Assembly (NCBI GenBank): GCA_965215275.1
Contig: OZ244044.1
Coordinates: 1,184,001 to 1,248,000, forward strand
Origin: Thermodesulfobacteriota bacterium
Lineage (GTDB): Bacteria > Desulfobacterota_D > UBA1144 > Nemesobacterales > JAJCZQ01
DNA: 64,000 nucleotides
Reading direction: 5' to 3'
Shown one piece after another: positions 9,526-21,146 of the stretch. The stretch's first letter is position 1, and each line of letters opens with the position of its first letter. The notes beneath the pieces were generated by a model. That model made no database searches and was not told the origin of the DNA. It was given only the letters and a program-made list of their open reading frames with translations. A program made the translations under genes and the position numbers.

Positions 9526-10272
9526 TTATCCCAGTGCCTCAAGCAGCTCTTCAGATATATCAAAATTGGAATACACGTTCTGAACATCGTCACTGTCTTC
9601 CAGCGATTCCATAAGTCTGATCATATGTTCGGCTTGCCTGCCTTCGATTTTAATATTGGTCTTGGGTATCATCGTCACTTCAGCACTTTCATATTCAAAT
9701 CCGGCATCCTTTAACGCGGATCTAACTTCTTCAAAGTCCTCAGGTCTTGTAACAACGACAAAATCACTGTCTTCGCTGATCAGATCCTCGGCCCCTGAAT
9801 CAATAGCCGTTTCGAACAGGGTTTCCTCATCCGCAGAATCACCTTTGATCAGGATCCTGCCTTTCATTTCAAATATCCACGACACACATCCGGACTCTCC
9901 AAGGTTCCCACCGTTCTTGGTAAATAATTTTCTTATCTCAGCCACGGTCCTGTTCCTGTTATCGGTCAGCGTCTTAACGTAAACTGCACTTCCTCCAGGA
10001 CCATAGCCTTCATAGAAGATCTCCTGATATTCAACTCCATCCAGTTCCCCGGTACCTCTCTTTATGGCTCTTTCGATCGTGTCGTTGGGCATGTTCTGCC
10101 CCTTAGCGGCACCGATCGCCGTTCTGAGACGCGGGTTGGAATCAGAATCGCTGCCGCCTTCCCTGGCCGCAACCGTAAGTTCTCTGATGAGCTTTGTGAA
10201 CATCTTGCCTCTCTTGGCATCCACAGCGGCTTTCCTGTGTTTGATATTTGCCCATTTAGAATGTCCTGCCAT
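9526..10272 (-). CDS. yebC: YebC/PmpR family protein
   Basis: [38 protein letters not shown]. Confidence 0.97.
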   Translation of the reverse strand: MAGHSKWANIKHRKAAVDAKRGKMFTKLIRELTVAAREGGSDSDSNPRLRTAIGAAKGQNMPNDTIERAIKRGTGELDGVEYQEIFYEGYGPGGSAVYVKTLTDNRNRTVAEIRKLFTKNGGNLGESGCVSWIFEMKGRILIKGDSADEETLFETAIDSGAEDLISEDSDFVVVTRPEDFEEVRSALKDAGFEYESAEVTMIPKTNIKIEGRQAEHMIRLMESLEDSDDVQNVYSNFDISEELLEALG

Positions 10273-10389
10273 AATATTTTTACCCCTTGCGTGATTTTAT
10301 AAGCTAAATTATAAGCCGTTGAAAGTTTCTACACAACAGCTAACAATATCATATAATTTGCCAATTCTTCAAGATATTTATAAAACCTA

Positions 10390-10419
10390 TTGACAAAATC
10401 AATAATTAGAGTGGATAAT
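10390..10419 (+). promoter_or_regulatory. Putative rho promoter (TTGACA-N18-GATAAT)
   Basis: TTGACA at 10390; leader of about 100 nt before rho. Confidence 0.5.
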
Positions 10420-10530
10420 AGTAGTAAGTATTAGCAAGAGTGCTTTAAATACCGTTCTGAACGACCTCTTCTCACGTATGTTTGCAAACATTGATTGTAG
10501 ATTAATAATTTTTTAAGGATTTCAACCATT

Positions 10531-11874
10531 ATGACTAAAGATACCAAATTACATCCAAAGACCAAAGACGACCAGAATGGAAAGAACGTTTCTTCTGAAG
10601 TTATGGACAAATCTCCCAAACTGATCAGTCTGAACGAACTCAGGAAAATAAAGAATTCCGATATTATAAAAATGGCCAGGGAATCCGGGGTCGAAGACGT
10701 TTCAAGAATGACGAAGCAGGACGCAATATACGCAATATTAAAGGCACAAAGCAACAGGCAAGGCGGAATTATCGTAGCAGAAGGGGTGCTTGAAATACTG
10801 TCCGAAGGTTATGGTTTTCTACGCTCACCCAAATACAGCTACCTTCCCGGTCCCGATGACATCTACGTGTCCAAATCCCAGATACGCTCGTTTAACTTAA
10901 AAACAGGAGATACCGTAAGTGGACAGGTAAGACTTCCCAGAGATGGAGAAAAGAACCTGGCCCTGCTTAAGATCGAGGCCATAAACTACAGGCCGCCGGA
11001 AGAATCACGGGAACGAAATCCGTTTGAAAGCCTCGTACCGCTCCATCCTGAGGAAAAACTCGTACTGGAGTACAACAAAGGTGAATTCAGCACGAGAATA
11101 ATGGACCTTTTCATACCGATCGGTAAAGGACAGAGGGCCCTGATCGTTGCTCCGCCAAGAACTGGAAAGACCATACTGCTTCAGAGACTTGCAAATGCCA
11201 TAACTGACAACAACCCGGAGGTAAAACTCATAGTCCTTCTGATAGATGAAAGACCCGAAGAAGTAACCGATATGCAAAGGTCGGTCGTAGGGGAAGTGGT
11301 AAGTTCCACGTTCGACGAACCTTCCCAGAGGCATATACAGGTCGCAGACATGGTACTTGAAAAAGCTAAAAGATACGTTGAGGACAAACAGGACGTGATA
11401 ATCCTGCTTGACAGTCTTACCAGACTTGCAAGAGCGAGCAACACCGTAACGCCGGCAAGCGGCAGAGTTCTGTCCGGCGGTATGGAGGCAAACGCACTTC
11501 AAAGGCCAAAGAGATTTTTCGGTGCCGCAAGAAACACCGAGGAAGGAGGCAGTCTGACCATTATCGCCACAGCGCTCATTGACACGGGCAGCAGAATGGA
11601 CGAGGTGATCTTTGAAGAATTCAAAGGTACCGGTAACATGGAAGTTTATCTGGACAGACGGCTTGCTGATAAAAGGGTCTTTCCCGCCATTGATCTGCAA
11701 AGGTCCGGAACCAGAAAAGAAGAGCTTTTATTAAGCGAAGACGAACTCCAAAGGGTATGGCTCCTGAGAAGGGTCCTGAATCCAATGAACACTACAGAGG
11801 CAATGGAATTTCTGCTTGACAAGATGAGAGGAAGCAAGTCCAACAAGGACTTTCTAAAACTGATGAACCAGTAG
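10531..11874 (+). CDS. rho: Transcription termination factor Rho
   Basis: [51 protein letters not shown]. Confidence 0.99.
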   Translation: MTKDTKLHPKTKDDQNGKNVSSEVMDKSPKLISLNELRKIKNSDIIKMARESGVEDVSRMTKQDAIYAILKAQSNRQGGIIVAEGVLEILSEGYGFLRSPKYSYLPGPDDIYVSKSQIRSFNLKTGDTVSGQVRLPRDGEKNLALLKIEAINYRPPEESRERNPFESLVPLHPEEKLVLEYNKGEFSTRIMDLFIPIGKGQRALIVAPPRTGKTILLQRLANAITDNNPEVKLIVLLIDERPEEVTDMQRSVVGEVVSSTFDEPSQRHIQVADMVLEKAKRYVEDKQDVIILLDSLTRLARASNTVTPASGRVLSGGMEANALQRPKRFFGAARNTEEGGSLTIIATALIDTGSRMDEVIFEEFKGTGNMEVYLDRRLADKRVFPAIDLQRSGTRKEELLLSEDELQRVWLLRRVLNPMNTTEAMEFLLDKMRGSKSNKDFLKLMNQ

Positions 11875-11879
11875 CACGG

Positions 11880-12191
11880 CTAATCGATCTTTACCAGAAT
11901 ATCGTTTTCTTCTACCTTTACTTCATAGGTCTCTATCGGTTCGATCGCAGGAAGACACATGGCTTCACCGGTCTTAACGTCGAACTCGGCCCCGTGATAA
12001 GCGCAGATCACTTTACCGTCCTCCATCTCTCCATCTGCAAGAGGTAAAAGTTCATGGCTGCATTCATCTCTGAACGCGTAAAGGTTATTATTTAAATTAC
12101 AGATCACCACAGGAACGTTGCGAACTAAAAAAGATTTCATCTCGCCATCCAGCACGTCCCCTGCATCTGCTACTTTATGGAACTTACTCAT
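11880..12191 (-). CDS. Rieske [2Fe-2S] ferredoxin associated with the suf operon
   Basis: CSH...CAYH Rieske ligands. Start MSKFHKV at 12191 overlaps the sufD stop. Confidence 0.9.
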   Translation of the reverse strand: MSKFHKVADAGDVLDGEMKSFLVRNVPVVICNLNNNLYAFRDECSHELLPLADGEMEDGKVICAYHGAEFDVKTGEAMCLPAIEPIETYEVKVEENDILVKID

Positions 12192-13524
12192 TACCGCTAC
12201 CCCTGCTGTCAAACCATTCACTTGCGGTTTTTTCCATTTCCGTCCTTATAGCGTCTATTTCCATATTGGCAAAGTTCTCCTTTGTAAAACCTTTCAGCAT
12301 GATCGCCTGTGCCTCGCTCTGGGAAATCCCTCTGGACCTGAGATAAAATATCGCGTTCTCATCCATCTGCCCTATGGTCGCACCGTGAGTACACTTCACG
12401 TCATCATTATATATCTCAAGTTGAGGCTTTGTATCTATCTGAGCGGTATCGGACAAAAGCAGATTCTTATTACTTTGCTTGGCATCGGTCTTTTCAGCAC
12501 CTTCATGAACGATTATCCTTCCATGGAACACGCCCCTGGACCTGTCATCTAAAACGCCGTTATAGAACTGTCTGCTGTCACAGTTGGGGCTTTTATGCTC
12601 AACTTTCATAAAATTATCCATCTGCTGTCTGCCGTTTGACATATAAAGACCGTTTATCAGAGAATTACAACCTTGCCCGTTTAAAACCGGGTGCACGTTG
12701 TTCCTCACTATGGCACCACCAAACAGAACAGAATGAGAGTTAAGATTACTGCTTCTCTGCTGTTCGACCCTCAGTGTTGAGACGTTGTAGGACAGTCTGC
12801 TTTCAAACTCGAGCATGTAATGCTCAAGGACGCTGTTCTCTCCAACGAAGATCTCAGACACGACGTTTGAAAAATAAGCTGCCTCCGAAAGCGAAACGTA
12901 ATGCTCTATTACCTTCAGCTCACAGCTGTCACCGATCACTATAAGGTTTCTCGGATTCACGATCGCCTGCTCGTTACCCGTTGAGATATAAATGGAATGT
13001 ATCGGGACGTCAAGAACGGTGCGGCTGGGAACGTAAACAAACGTGCCATCTTGAAAAAGAGCCGTATTTAAAGCGTTAAACGCTTCCGTCCTGGTGGTCA
13101 GCAATTTGCCGAAATGATCAGAAACTATACCATCGCCGTTTAAAAACGCTTCGGACAAAGAAGATATTATTACTTTGTTCCGCACGCCTTTAAGATCTGA
13201 TATATCCTCTGCAAACTTACCGTTCACAAATACAAGCCTGTGAGAATCCATGGGCTTGAACGATAATTTTTCAATACGCTTTGAAGTCACGCTGCCGCCG
13301 GGCTTGTCGTACAGGGTGAATTCAGACCTTGAGATCGGAGCCAGATTAGTAAATTTCCAATCTTCGTCCAGCAGAGTAGGAAATCCCAGTCTGCAGAAAT
13401 CGTTCATTGCATCCTCTCTGAGCAGTTTAACGTAGCTCGGATGCTTATCTATTCCGTCACTTTTTTTAAACTCGTTAAAACCCTGAAGATAGCCTGTAAT
13501 TTCAGGACCGAACTTGATCGACAT
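12184..13524 (-). CDS. sufD: Fe-S cluster assembly protein SufD
   Basis: FPTLLDEDWKFT, KTDAKQSNKNLLLS, KPQLEIYNDDVKCTHGAT, FYLRSRGI. Confidence 0.96.
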   Translation of the reverse strand: MSIKFGPEITGYLQGFNEFKKSDGIDKHPSYVKLLREDAMNDFCRLGFPTLLDEDWKFTNLAPISRSEFTLYDKPGGSVTSKRIEKLSFKPMDSHRLVFVNGKFAEDISDLKGVRNKVIISSLSEAFLNGDGIVSDHFGKLLTTRTEAFNALNTALFQDGTFVYVPSRTVLDVPIHSIYISTGNEQAIVNPRNLIVIGDSCELKVIEHYVSLSEAAYFSNVVSEIFVGENSVLEHYMLEFESRLSYNVSTLRVEQQRSSNLNSHSVLFGGAIVRNNVHPVLNGQGCNSLINGLYMSNGRQQMDNFMKVEHKSPNCDSRQFYNGVLDDRSRGVFHGRIIVHEGAEKTDAKQSNKNLLLSDTAQIDTKPQLEIYNDDVKCTHGATIGQMDENAIFYLRSRGISQSEAQAIMLKGFTKENFANMEIDAIRTEMEKTASEWFDSRGSGNE

Positions 13525-13537
13525 CTACACGTACTCC

Positions 13538-14287
13538 TTAAGCAGCGTCCTTTTCCACCCAGCCGTAGCCCTGCTCTTCAAGTTCAAGGGCAAGGTCCTT
13601 ATCACCGGACTTCACGATCTTTCCATCGACCAGAACGTGGACGAAATCAGGAACAATATAGTTCAAAAGCCTTTGATAGTGGGTAATGACAAGAAAAGCC
13701 CTCTCCTTACTTCTCATTGAGTTCACACCTTCTGCCACGATCTTCAGTGCGTCAATATCAAGACCTGAATCCGTTTCATCCAAGATGGACAGTTTAGGTT
13801 CCAGTATCTGCATCTGAAATATTTCATTTCGCTTTTTCTCTCCTCCGGAAAACCCTTCGTTCACGGACCTTTTCAGAAGTTCATTATCCATTCCAAGATC
13901 TTCCATCTTCTTTCTTGCCATTTTACCGAACTCAACGTGCTTGAGAGGCTTTTCACCTCTGTATTTTCTGATCGAATTCAGAGCTTCCCTCAGCAGATAG
14001 GTGTTTGCAACCCCTGGGATCTCAACCGGGTACTGAAAAGCAAGAAATATCCCCTCGCATGCCCTTTCCTCAGGATCAAGTTCCAGCATGTCCTTACCTT
14101 CAAATAATATCTCCCCTTCCGTTACCTCATAAGAATCCTTACCGGCAAGTACTTGGGCAAGCGTGCTTTTACCGGATCCGTTCGGTCCCATGATGGAGTG
14201 GACCTCCCCTTTATTTATCGTCAGATTTAACCCTTTTAATATCGTCTTATCTTCAATTTGAACGTGTAAGTTCCTTATCTCAAGCAT
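13538..14287 (-). CDS. sufC: Fe-S cluster assembly ATPase SufC
   Basis: [49 protein letters not shown]. Confidence 0.98.
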   Translation of the reverse strand: MLEIRNLHVQIEDKTILKGLNLTINKGEVHSIMGPNGSGKSTLAQVLAGKDSYEVTEGEILFEGKDMLELDPEERACEGIFLAFQYPVEIPGVANTYLLREALNSIRKYRGEKPLKHVEFGKMARKKMEDLGMDNELLKRSVNEGFSGGEKKRNEIFQMQILEPKLSILDETDSGLDIDALKIVAEGVNSMRSKERAFLVITHYQRLLNYIVPDFVHVLVDGKIVKSGDKDLALELEEQGYGWVEKDAA

Positions 14288-14333
14288 TTAAAACTCTCCT
14301 GAATAATATTAACTTGTGGAAAAATAAAATGGA

Positions 14334-15770
14334 TCAGCCAACGCTGCCTTCAAGGCTGACACTCAGAAGCTTTTCGGCTTCAACGGCAAACTCAAATGGA
14401 AGTTCCTTGAACACCTCTTTGCAAAATCCGTTAACGATCAGCGAAACGGCATCCTCAGCGGACAACCCCCTCTGCTGGCAATAAAATATCTGATCCTCGC
14501 CAATTTTCGAGGTGGAAGCTTCATGCTCCATGTGAGCGGTAGAGTTCTTAACTTCAATATAGGGAAAAGTATGAGCACCACACCTGTCACCTATGAGCAT
14601 AGAGTCACACTGTGTGTAGTTCCTGGCGTTATCGGCATTTTTGCCTATATCAACGAGGCCTCTGTAGGTATTCTGTCCATAACCCGCAGATATTCCCTTT
14701 GAAACTATCGTGCTGGTGGTACCCTTGCCTGCATGGATCATCTTTGTTCCCGTGTCAGCCTGCTGATGCCTGTTCGTAAGGGCCACGGAATAAAACTCTC
14801 CCACCGAATTATCTCCCTCCAGGATACAGCTTGGATACTTCCAGGTGATTGCCGAACCCGTTTCAACCTGCGTCCATGAGATCCTTGAACTGCTTCCCAC
14901 GCAGCGCCCGCGTTTTGTTACAAAGTTATAAATGCCCCCTTTTCCATTTTTGTCCCCTGGATACCAGTTTTGAATCGTTGAATATTTTATCGTTGCATCC
15001 TTGTGGGCCACAAGTTCCACCACTGCCGCGTGAAGCTGGTTCTGATCCCTTTGAGGAGCCGTGCATCCCTCAAGGTAGCTTACATGGCTTCCCTCCTCAG
15101 CCACGATCAACGTCCTTTCGAACTGTCCTGTATTTTCAGCGTTGATCCTGAAATACGTTGAGAGTTCCATAGGACATCTGACCCCTTTTGGCACGTATAC
15201 GAAAGAACCATCAGTGAACACGGCGGAATTCAGCGCTGCGTAAAAGTTATCTCTGCGAGGCACAACGTACCCCAGATATTTCCGTACAAGTTCCGGATGT
15301 TCCTGCACTGCCTCTGATATCGAACAGAATATCACTCCCTCTTCGGCTAGTTTTTCCTTGAAAGTCGTTATTACCGACACGCTGTCAAAAACCGCATCCA
15401 CTGCAACTCCGGCCAGCATTTTCTGTTCTTCCAGCGGTATTCCGAGCTTATCGTAGGTTTCCTTGATCTCAGGGTCGATCTCGTCCAGGCTTTTCGGAGC
15501 TGGGTTATTTTTAGGGACGGCGTAATAGCTTATATCATTAAAGTCGATTTTGGGGTACTTGATAAAAGCCCACTTGGGCTCTTTCATCTTAAGCCAGTGC
15601 TTATAAGCTTCAAGCCTCCAGTCCAGAAGCCATTGAGGTTCGTTCTTCTTGGAGGATATCAGTTTTATCACATCTTCGCTGATCCCCTTTGGAGCGATCT
15701 CCTGCTCCACGTCCGTCGTAAAGCCATATTTATATTCCTGCTTTGCTAATTCTTCAAAATCAATGCTCAT
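14334..15770 (-). CDS. sufB: Fe-S cluster assembly protein SufB
   Basis: [49 protein letters not shown]. Confidence 0.98.
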   Translation of the reverse strand: MSIDFEELAKQEYKYGFTTDVEQEIAPKGISEDVIKLISSKKNEPQWLLDWRLEAYKHWLKMKEPKWAFIKYPKIDFNDISYYAVPKNNPAPKSLDEIDPEIKETYDKLGIPLEEQKMLAGVAVDAVFDSVSVITTFKEKLAEEGVIFCSISEAVQEHPELVRKYLGYVVPRRDNFYAALNSAVFTDGSFVYVPKGVRCPMELSTYFRINAENTGQFERTLIVAEEGSHVSYLEGCTAPQRDQNQLHAAVVELVAHKDATIKYSTIQNWYPGDKNGKGGIYNFVTKRGRCVGSSSRISWTQVETGSAITWKYPSCILEGDNSVGEFYSVALTNRHQQADTGTKMIHAGKGTTSTIVSKGISAGYGQNTYRGLVDIGKNADNARNYTQCDSMLIGDRCGAHTFPYIEVKNSTAHMEHEASTSKIGEDQIFYCQQRGLSAEDAVSLIVNGFCKEVFKELPFEFAVEAEKLLSVSLEGSVG

Positions 15771-15784
15771 TTACAAACCTCGTA

Positions 15785-16201
15785 TTAATGCTTTTCCGAA
15801 CCACCTTGGTTCAGAAGGTCCTGCAGCTTTGTATTTTCCAGAAGCTTTATCATAGAGACCTTCAGTTTATCCCAGACCGGAAGCTGCGTGCAGTTTTCGT
15901 AAAGTGCACATACGCTCTCCTGGTCCATGCAGTCTATAACCCTTATTTCACCTTCCACCGCTTCATAAATGTCCTTCAGACTTATCTCGTCGGGACTTTT
16001 GTCAAGAAAATAACCACCTTCCCGGCCAACCACCGACCTTACAAGCCCCCTTTCCACAAGGCGTCTCATTATCTTTGCCAGATAGTTCTGCGGAATATGC
16101 TGGGCCTGGGATATTTCCTCCATGTTCATACGGGAAACCTCATGATTTCCCATATAGATCAAGGACCTGACCGCATAATCAAGTGTTCTGCTTACCTGCA
16201 T
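15785..16201 (-). CDS. Rrf2-family (IscR-like) transcriptional regulator
   Basis: DYAVRSL, HIPQNYLAKI, GREGGY and three C-terminal Cys. Start MQVSR at 16201 with a GAGGT SD; the ORF-track start at 16249 falls inside the promoter. Confidence 0.92.
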   Translation of the reverse strand: MQVSRTLDYAVRSLIYMGNHEVSRMNMEEISQAQHIPQNYLAKIMRRLVERGLVRSVVGREGGYFLDKSPDEISLKDIYEAVEGEIRVIDCMDQESVCALYENCTQLPVWDKLKVSMIKLLENTKLQDLLNQGGSEKH

Positions 16202-16238
16202 TGTAACTGCAACCTCAAAATACCGATGATAATATAAT

Positions 16239-16268
16239 AAAGTAACCACTTATATAAGGTCTTGTCAA
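16239..16268 (-). promoter_or_regulatory. Rrf2-suf operon promoter with a palindromic spacer (candidate Rrf2 operator)
   Basis: TTGACA at 16268-16263; perfect palindrome CTTATATAAG at 16249-16258 in the spacer. Confidence 0.5.
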
Positions 16269-16372
16269 CCTGTCTCCACAGATCGGCCGTTACGGATAAA
16301 CGCAGCAAGTGTTCCTTTAACATGTGTATAAGCTGACTGGATACCGTTTACCAGTTCCCGTAATAATAACAA

Positions 16373-16401
16373 TTGACTTAATGGTTATTGTCCCATACAA
16401 T
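16373..16401 (+). promoter_or_regulatory. Sigma70 promoter upstream of the thiL operon (TTGACT-N17-TACAAT)
   Basis: Near-consensus hexamers with a 17-bp spacer. Confidence 0.6.
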
Positions 16402-16517
16402 TTCTATAAACTGACCTATGAGCAGATCTGAACCCTATAAGCGAAGGTTAAGATTCAAGACCCATTCAAAACCCGTGTCCATCCGTCCATTCTTTATTAT
16501 CATTAAGGATAGGTTTA

Positions 16518-17495
16518 ATGTTTAACGAGACCGACGTTCTCAAAGAACTAAAAGAAAGATTCAGACCCAGTTCGGAAGATGTACTTATAGGCATAGGTGA
16601 TGACTGTGCTGCAATAAGATCAGATGCAAACGACCTTCTGCTCATATCCACTGACTCACTGGTCGAAGACGTTCATTTCCTAAAACCTTATTTCAAGCCG
16701 GAGGAGATAGCAAAAAGATCCGTAGCCGTTTCTATAAGCGATATCGCTTCCATGGGAGGCAGACCGAGGTTCATACTTTCCACGATCGGTTTTCCAAAAT
16801 GCTCGGACAGGAACCTTGTGGACGGACTACTGAAGGGTATTGAAAACTCCTGCGAACTTTACAACGTGGACCTGATAGGCGGGAACGTAACGAGCAGCAA
16901 AGAACTCTTTTTAAATATAACGATCATTGGACAAACGGAAAAAGACAGGGTCGTCAGAAGGAGCGGCGCTAAAGCAGAGGATCTGGTTTTCGTGACGGGG
17001 AACCTTGGAGATTCGGCACTGGGACTAAAGGTCTTACGATCAGAAGAAAAGATCGAAGACAGAACTGTAATAAACGCTCATAAAGACCCTCGGCCCAGGA
17101 TCAAGGTCGGCAGAGAGTTATCAAGGTCAGGTCTTGCAAGCTCAATGATAGACGTCAGTGACGGATTACTGATCGATCTTGAAAGAATAACAACGGAGCA
17201 GGGCGTAGGAGCTGAAATATACGCTGAGAACGTTCCTTTATCCGCTTCCTACCTGAGTTTGATCTCAAGATTTGAAAAGGACCCGCTCAGACTGGCACTT
17301 ACAGGCGGTGAAGACTACGAGCTTTTATTTACGTCCCCACCTGACCGCAGGGATAAAATAAAGGAACTGGAAATATCCACTGGCACCCGGATCTCGGAGA
17401 TCGGGACCGTCGTTCGTGAGAAGAAAGTAAAACTCTTTGATAAGGGAGGAAACACTTTAAGCTACAGAAAAAGTGGTTTTGTACACGCCTTATAG
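16518..17495 (+). CDS. thiL: Thiamine-monophosphate kinase
   Basis: GIGDDCA, STDSLVEDVHF, SDIASMGG, MIDVSDGL, GGEDYELLF. Confidence 0.96.
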   Translation: MFNETDVLKELKERFRPSSEDVLIGIGDDCAAIRSDANDLLLISTDSLVEDVHFLKPYFKPEEIAKRSVAVSISDIASMGGRPRFILSTIGFPKCSDRNLVDGLLKGIENSCELYNVDLIGGNVTSSKELFLNITIIGQTEKDRVVRRSGAKAEDLVFVTGNLGDSALGLKVLRSEEKIEDRTVINAHKDPRPRIKVGRELSRSGLASSMIDVSDGLLIDLERITTEQGVGAEIYAENVPLSASYLSLISRFEKDPLRLALTGGEDYELLFTSPPDRRDKIKELEISTGTRISEIGTVVREKKVKLFDKGGNTLSYRKSGFVHAL

Positions 17496-17498
17496 TTA

Positions 17499-18857
17499 AT
17501 GGACGCACCTTTAATTTATAATTTAATCCTCATAGTTCTGCTGCTGCTGAGCTCAGCTTTTTTCTGCTTTGCCGAAGGTTCTTTATTTGCTCTGGGCAGA
17601 CATCAGAAGCAAAAACTGTTCAAGGAAGACACAAGAAGCAGCAGGATAATCAAAAACCTGCTCAGCAATCCTGTTAAGCTCATAGTCACGATCCTTTTTG
17701 CCGACGAGGTCGTCAACGTGGCATTTTCAAGCATTGTCGGTCTTACGGTCCAGAGTTTAATGACAGAATCGTCCGAGAAGACAGTTACCATCGTCTCAAT
17801 AGCCATTGCATCACCCACTCTGTTGATCATGGGTGAGATCGGACCGAAGACCATCGCCGTAAAATTTCCCCGCGTCATAGCAAGAGCAGTTGCCTACCCG
17901 CTGCACGTTTTCCACGTACTGATCACACCTGTCAGATGGGTCATTATGTTAATATCCACAGGGTTTACCAGACTTCTTGGCGGGAAGGTCGGACATGAGG
18001 ACAGCAGCGGCTTCTCGGCTGACGAACTGAAAATACTGCTCGGGATAGGTAACGAAGAGGGTGTACTGAACGAAGTCGAAAACAACCTTGTCAGCAGTTT
18101 TTACAAACTGGAGAACCTTCCGGTCCATAAGATAATGACACCGAACGTTGACTGTTTTATGCTCTCTTCCAGACAAAGCGTTAAAAAATCGATCTATGAG
18201 ATAAAAAAAAGAGGGTACTCAAGAACACCCGTGTACGAGGATGATGACGTCAACAATATTATAGGGATCCTGTTCATCAAGGACCTGCTGACCTCAAACG
18301 CACTCAGTATTGACGATGGTGCCTGTTCAATAAAAAAATACCTGAAGAGACCACAGTTCATTCCCAGGACCAAAATGGCATTTAATCTGCTCAGGGAATT
18401 CCAGAAAGACCGTAACCACATAGCGATCGTCGTGGATGAATACGGGCGGATGGACGGGATCGTCACGTTAGAAGATATACTTGAAGAACTTTTCGGAAAT
18501 ATTGAAGATGAGACCCACCTTGACGCCAGACCGAAAGCCAAGATATCGAACCGGAGCGTAACGGTTCCGGGAACCATGAAAATAGATGAGTTTAACAGCA
18601 ACTATCTGTTTATGGTCACGCGATACGGAGGGCTGAACAAACTGGACGAAAATATCAGAAAATCCGTTTTACCCGCTGAAGAAGAACATGAGACCTTAGG
18701 AGGGTTCATCTTTGACCTTTTCGGACGTTTTCCCACCGAGGGACAGAGCATTGATCATGGCAGTCTTCGTTTTAAGGTCTTAAAAATACACAAAAAAAGG
18801 ATCGCAGAGATAAAAGTAGAGATAGCAGAATCGGAGGTGGCATCCCATGTCGCTTGA
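17499..18857 (+). CDS. CNNM/HlyC-CorC family transporter (DUF21-CBS-CorC)
   Basis: N-terminal TM helices, GEIGPKTIA, GYSRTPVY, VVDEYG...TLEDILEE. Confidence 0.92.
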   Translation: MDAPLIYNLILIVLLLLSSAFFCFAEGSLFALGRHQKQKLFKEDTRSSRIIKNLLSNPVKLIVTILFADEVVNVAFSSIVGLTVQSLMTESSEKTVTIVSIAIASPTLLIMGEIGPKTIAVKFPRVIARAVAYPLHVFHVLITPVRWVIMLISTGFTRLLGGKVGHEDSSGFSADELKILLGIGNEEGVLNEVENNLVSSFYKLENLPVHKIMTPNVDCFMLSSRQSVKKSIYEIKKRGYSRTPVYEDDDVNNIIGILFIKDLLTSNALSIDDGACSIKKYLKRPQFIPRTKMAFNLLREFQKDRNHIAIVVDEYGRMDGIVTLEDILEELFGNIEDETHLDARPKAKISNRSVTVPGTMKIDEFNSNYLFMVTRYGGLNKLDENIRKSVLPAEEEHETLGGFIFDLFGRFPTEGQSIDHGSLRFKVLKIHKKRIAEIKVEIAESEVASHVA

Positions 18858-20073
18858 GATGGTAGTGCTCTCCATCTGTTCCCTTGTAATGCTGCAGGCC
18901 TTTTTTGCCGGTTCTGAGATCGCGCTGATCTCCTGCGACAAGATAAAGATGAGGTTCCTTGCAGAACGTGGCTCAAAAGGTGCAAGGCTCGTGCTGAACG
19001 CCTACAGTGAGATCGATAAGTTCCTTGGAACTTCACTTATCGGGATCAACCTGGCGCTCATTACGGCAACCTTGTTGCTTACGTTCTACATTGAACGCGA
19101 GTACGGTAACAGCAGCGAACTGTACACCGCTCTGATCCTGTCACCGATCATAGTGATATTCGGACAGGTAGTTCCAAAGTCGGTCTTTCAAAGTAACAGC
19201 AACAGGATAATCCTCTGGGTCATCTACCCGCTCTGGGTAGCTTCAAAGATACTTTTTCCGGTCCTCGTTATTGTAAGACTGTTTACTCAGACGGCTTTAA
19301 AGATCACAGGTGCAAAGCAGAACTCAAGTATTACCAGGGACGAACTTCTGGACGTTATATCAGGCGACAAGAACAGTCAGATCGACGAAGCTCGCTCTCT
19401 GCTTCTGAAAAGGATATTCAGGTTCTCGGAAAAAACGGTGGACGAGATAATGATCCCGCTCGTCAACCTTAAAATGCTGGATCAGAACGCGACCGTTGAG
19501 GACGCAATAAAGTTAATAAAGGAAACCGGACACACCAGGATACCTGTCTACAGTGAACGGATCGATAATGTAACGGCGCTGCTTCATTCGTTCTATCTGA
19601 TAGGGGACGTGGACACTGAAGTTCCTGTAAAAAAATATGCTCTGAAACCGTTTTACGTACCTAAATCAAAACTGGTCAGTGAACTGCTTGATGAAATGAA
19701 ACAGGGAAGGACCGGAATGGCAATAGTCGCTGATGAATACGGCGGTACCGTCGGGGCCATTACACTTGAGGACATACTGGAGGAAGTCGTTGGTGAGATC
19801 GAGGACGAGCACGATATGGACGTAAATCTGTGGAGAAAAACAGCGGACAATAACTACCTGATAAACCCGATCATAGAGATCGATCAGATCAACAACGATA
19901 TAGGACTTGGTATACCGGAAGGGGAGGACTATGATACACTTGGCGGGTTCCTGCTATACAGATATGGTTCCTTTCCGGAAGTCGGTGAGAAAATAGTATT
20001 TAAGAATCTGGTCTTCGAGATAAGTAAGGCCACTTCCAGATCGGTAGAGGAAGTAAGGCTTACCGTGAAATAA
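18847..20073 (+). CDS. CNNM/HlyC-CorC family transporter, second paralog
   Basis: [32 protein letters not shown]...[16 protein letters not shown]. Confidence 0.92.
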   Translation: MSLEMVVLSICSLVMLQAFFAGSEIALISCDKIKMRFLAERGSKGARLVLNAYSEIDKFLGTSLIGINLALITATLLLTFYIEREYGNSSELYTALILSPIIVIFGQVVPKSVFQSNSNRIILWVIYPLWVASKILFPVLVIVRLFTQTALKITGAKQNSSITRDELLDVISGDKNSQIDEARSLLLKRIFRFSEKTVDEIMIPLVNLKMLDQNATVEDAIKLIKETGHTRIPVYSERIDNVTALLHSFYLIGDVDTEVPVKKYALKPFYVPKSKLVSELLDEMKQGRTGMAIVADEYGGTVGAITLEDILEEVVGEIEDEHDMDVNLWRKTADNNYLINPIIEIDQINNDIGLGIPEGEDYDTLGGFLLYRYGSFPEVGEKIVFKNLVFEISKATSRSVEEVRLTVK

Positions 20074-20088
20074 CCGGCCCTGTATCCT

Positions 20089-20682
20089 TTACGTTCTGCT
20101 TTTCAAGACGTGCCTTCTTATTATTTTTTCATACGTCTGCGCTGACTGTGCCCCGTGCACCCTGAAATCACCGAAGTAAACCGTCGGCACGCCTATCACC
20201 ATACTTTCCCGTGCTGACCTTTTATTGCTTTCCACAAGTTCTCTCATAGCTCCCGACCTGAGCTTTTCTTCAAGATCTTCGGTGTTCAGACCGATCTTTT
20301 TGCTGATATTCAATACTACGTCCAATCTGCCGATGTTCTCCCTTTTGAAAAAGTAATGATCAAAAACCTCGTCATGAAACTGCATGAACCTGCCTTTGCT
20401 TTTAGCATATTCAGATGCTTCAAGGCAAAGTCTGGTACTGGTTACGAACCCGGGAAGCTTGATCTCCATACCATCCTGACCGGCAATCTCACAGAGCGTT
20501 CGTTGCAGATGTTCCGTTCTGGGGGTTCTTTTCCTTTTTATTCCCTCGGAGCTGTATTCAGGATGGATCTCAATACCCTTCCAGTTGACCTCAAAAATCA
20601 ACTTATCCGACAGTTCTTGAATTCTTTTCGAACCCAGGTAGCAAAACGGGCACAGATAATCGTAATAAAAATCAATCGTCAT
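20089..20682 (-). CDS. DsbA/FrnE-family oxidoreductase
   Basis: DYLCPFCYLG CxxC motif, GVPT, GAQ. Confidence 0.88.
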   Translation of the reverse strand: MTIDFYYDYLCPFCYLGSKRIQELSDKLIFEVNWKGIEIHPEYSSEGIKRKRTPRTEHLQRTLCEIAGQDGMEIKLPGFVTSTRLCLEASEYAKSKGRFMQFHDEVFDHYFFKRENIGRLDVVLNISKKIGLNTEDLEEKLRSGAMRELVESNKRSARESMVIGVPTVYFGDFRVHGAQSAQTYEKIIRRHVLKSRT

Positions 20683-21145
20683 CCTGACCTCTTTCCATCA
20701 TGTAGATCACAGAACTTGAGGTCAGTCCCCTGTTCCGACCAACCGTCATTTTACTGTTACCTTTCTGATAAGTACTTATATTCTCGCCGCTTTTCATAAG
20801 ACTCCAGCCCGGCCTGTTCGATTCATCCAGATAAAATCCTTCAATCCCATCATCGGTTTTGACCTTGAATACCCATGTTGGGTTCTTACCCGTTCCAAAT
20901 GAAATACCCACGGTCTCAGTAATTTCCGGGTATGGAACAAAACCCGTTTGCAGCAGTCTGTCTTTTGCACTGCTTTGATAAAACAAAATGACTGCAAGAG
21001 CGGGAATTAATAAAAACCCCACGGATAAAAAGGACGCTCTTGCTATCCATGGAAATCTTCCGGCAGGGGCTTTATATCCAAGGTAGTAAGATATACCCAG
21101 CAGAATAAAAGCAAAAACCATCAGTAAAACAGTGGACTTTTCCAT
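20672..21145 (-). CDS. Hypothetical membrane protein (2 N-terminal TM segments)
   Basis: ORF coupled to both neighbours; hydrophobic N-terminus. Confidence 0.7.
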   Translation of the reverse strand: MEKSTVLLMVFAFILLGISYYLGYKAPAGRFPWIARASFLSVGFLLIPALAVILFYQSSAKDRLLQTGFVPYPEITETVGISFGTGKNPTWVFKVKTDDGIEGFYLDESNRPGWSLMKSGENISTYQKGNSKMTVGRNRGLTSSSVIYMMERGQDDD

Positions 21146-21146
21146 A

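Noticed and set aside
16420..16470. 6S RNA-like motif (TGAACC...GGTT)
   Set aside because: Only one short hairpin is present; the long rod structure of 6S RNA is not evident.
17499..20073. Tandem CNNM/hemolysin-like genes as a virulence locus
   Set aside because: The family is Mg/Co transport related, and tandem pairs are common.
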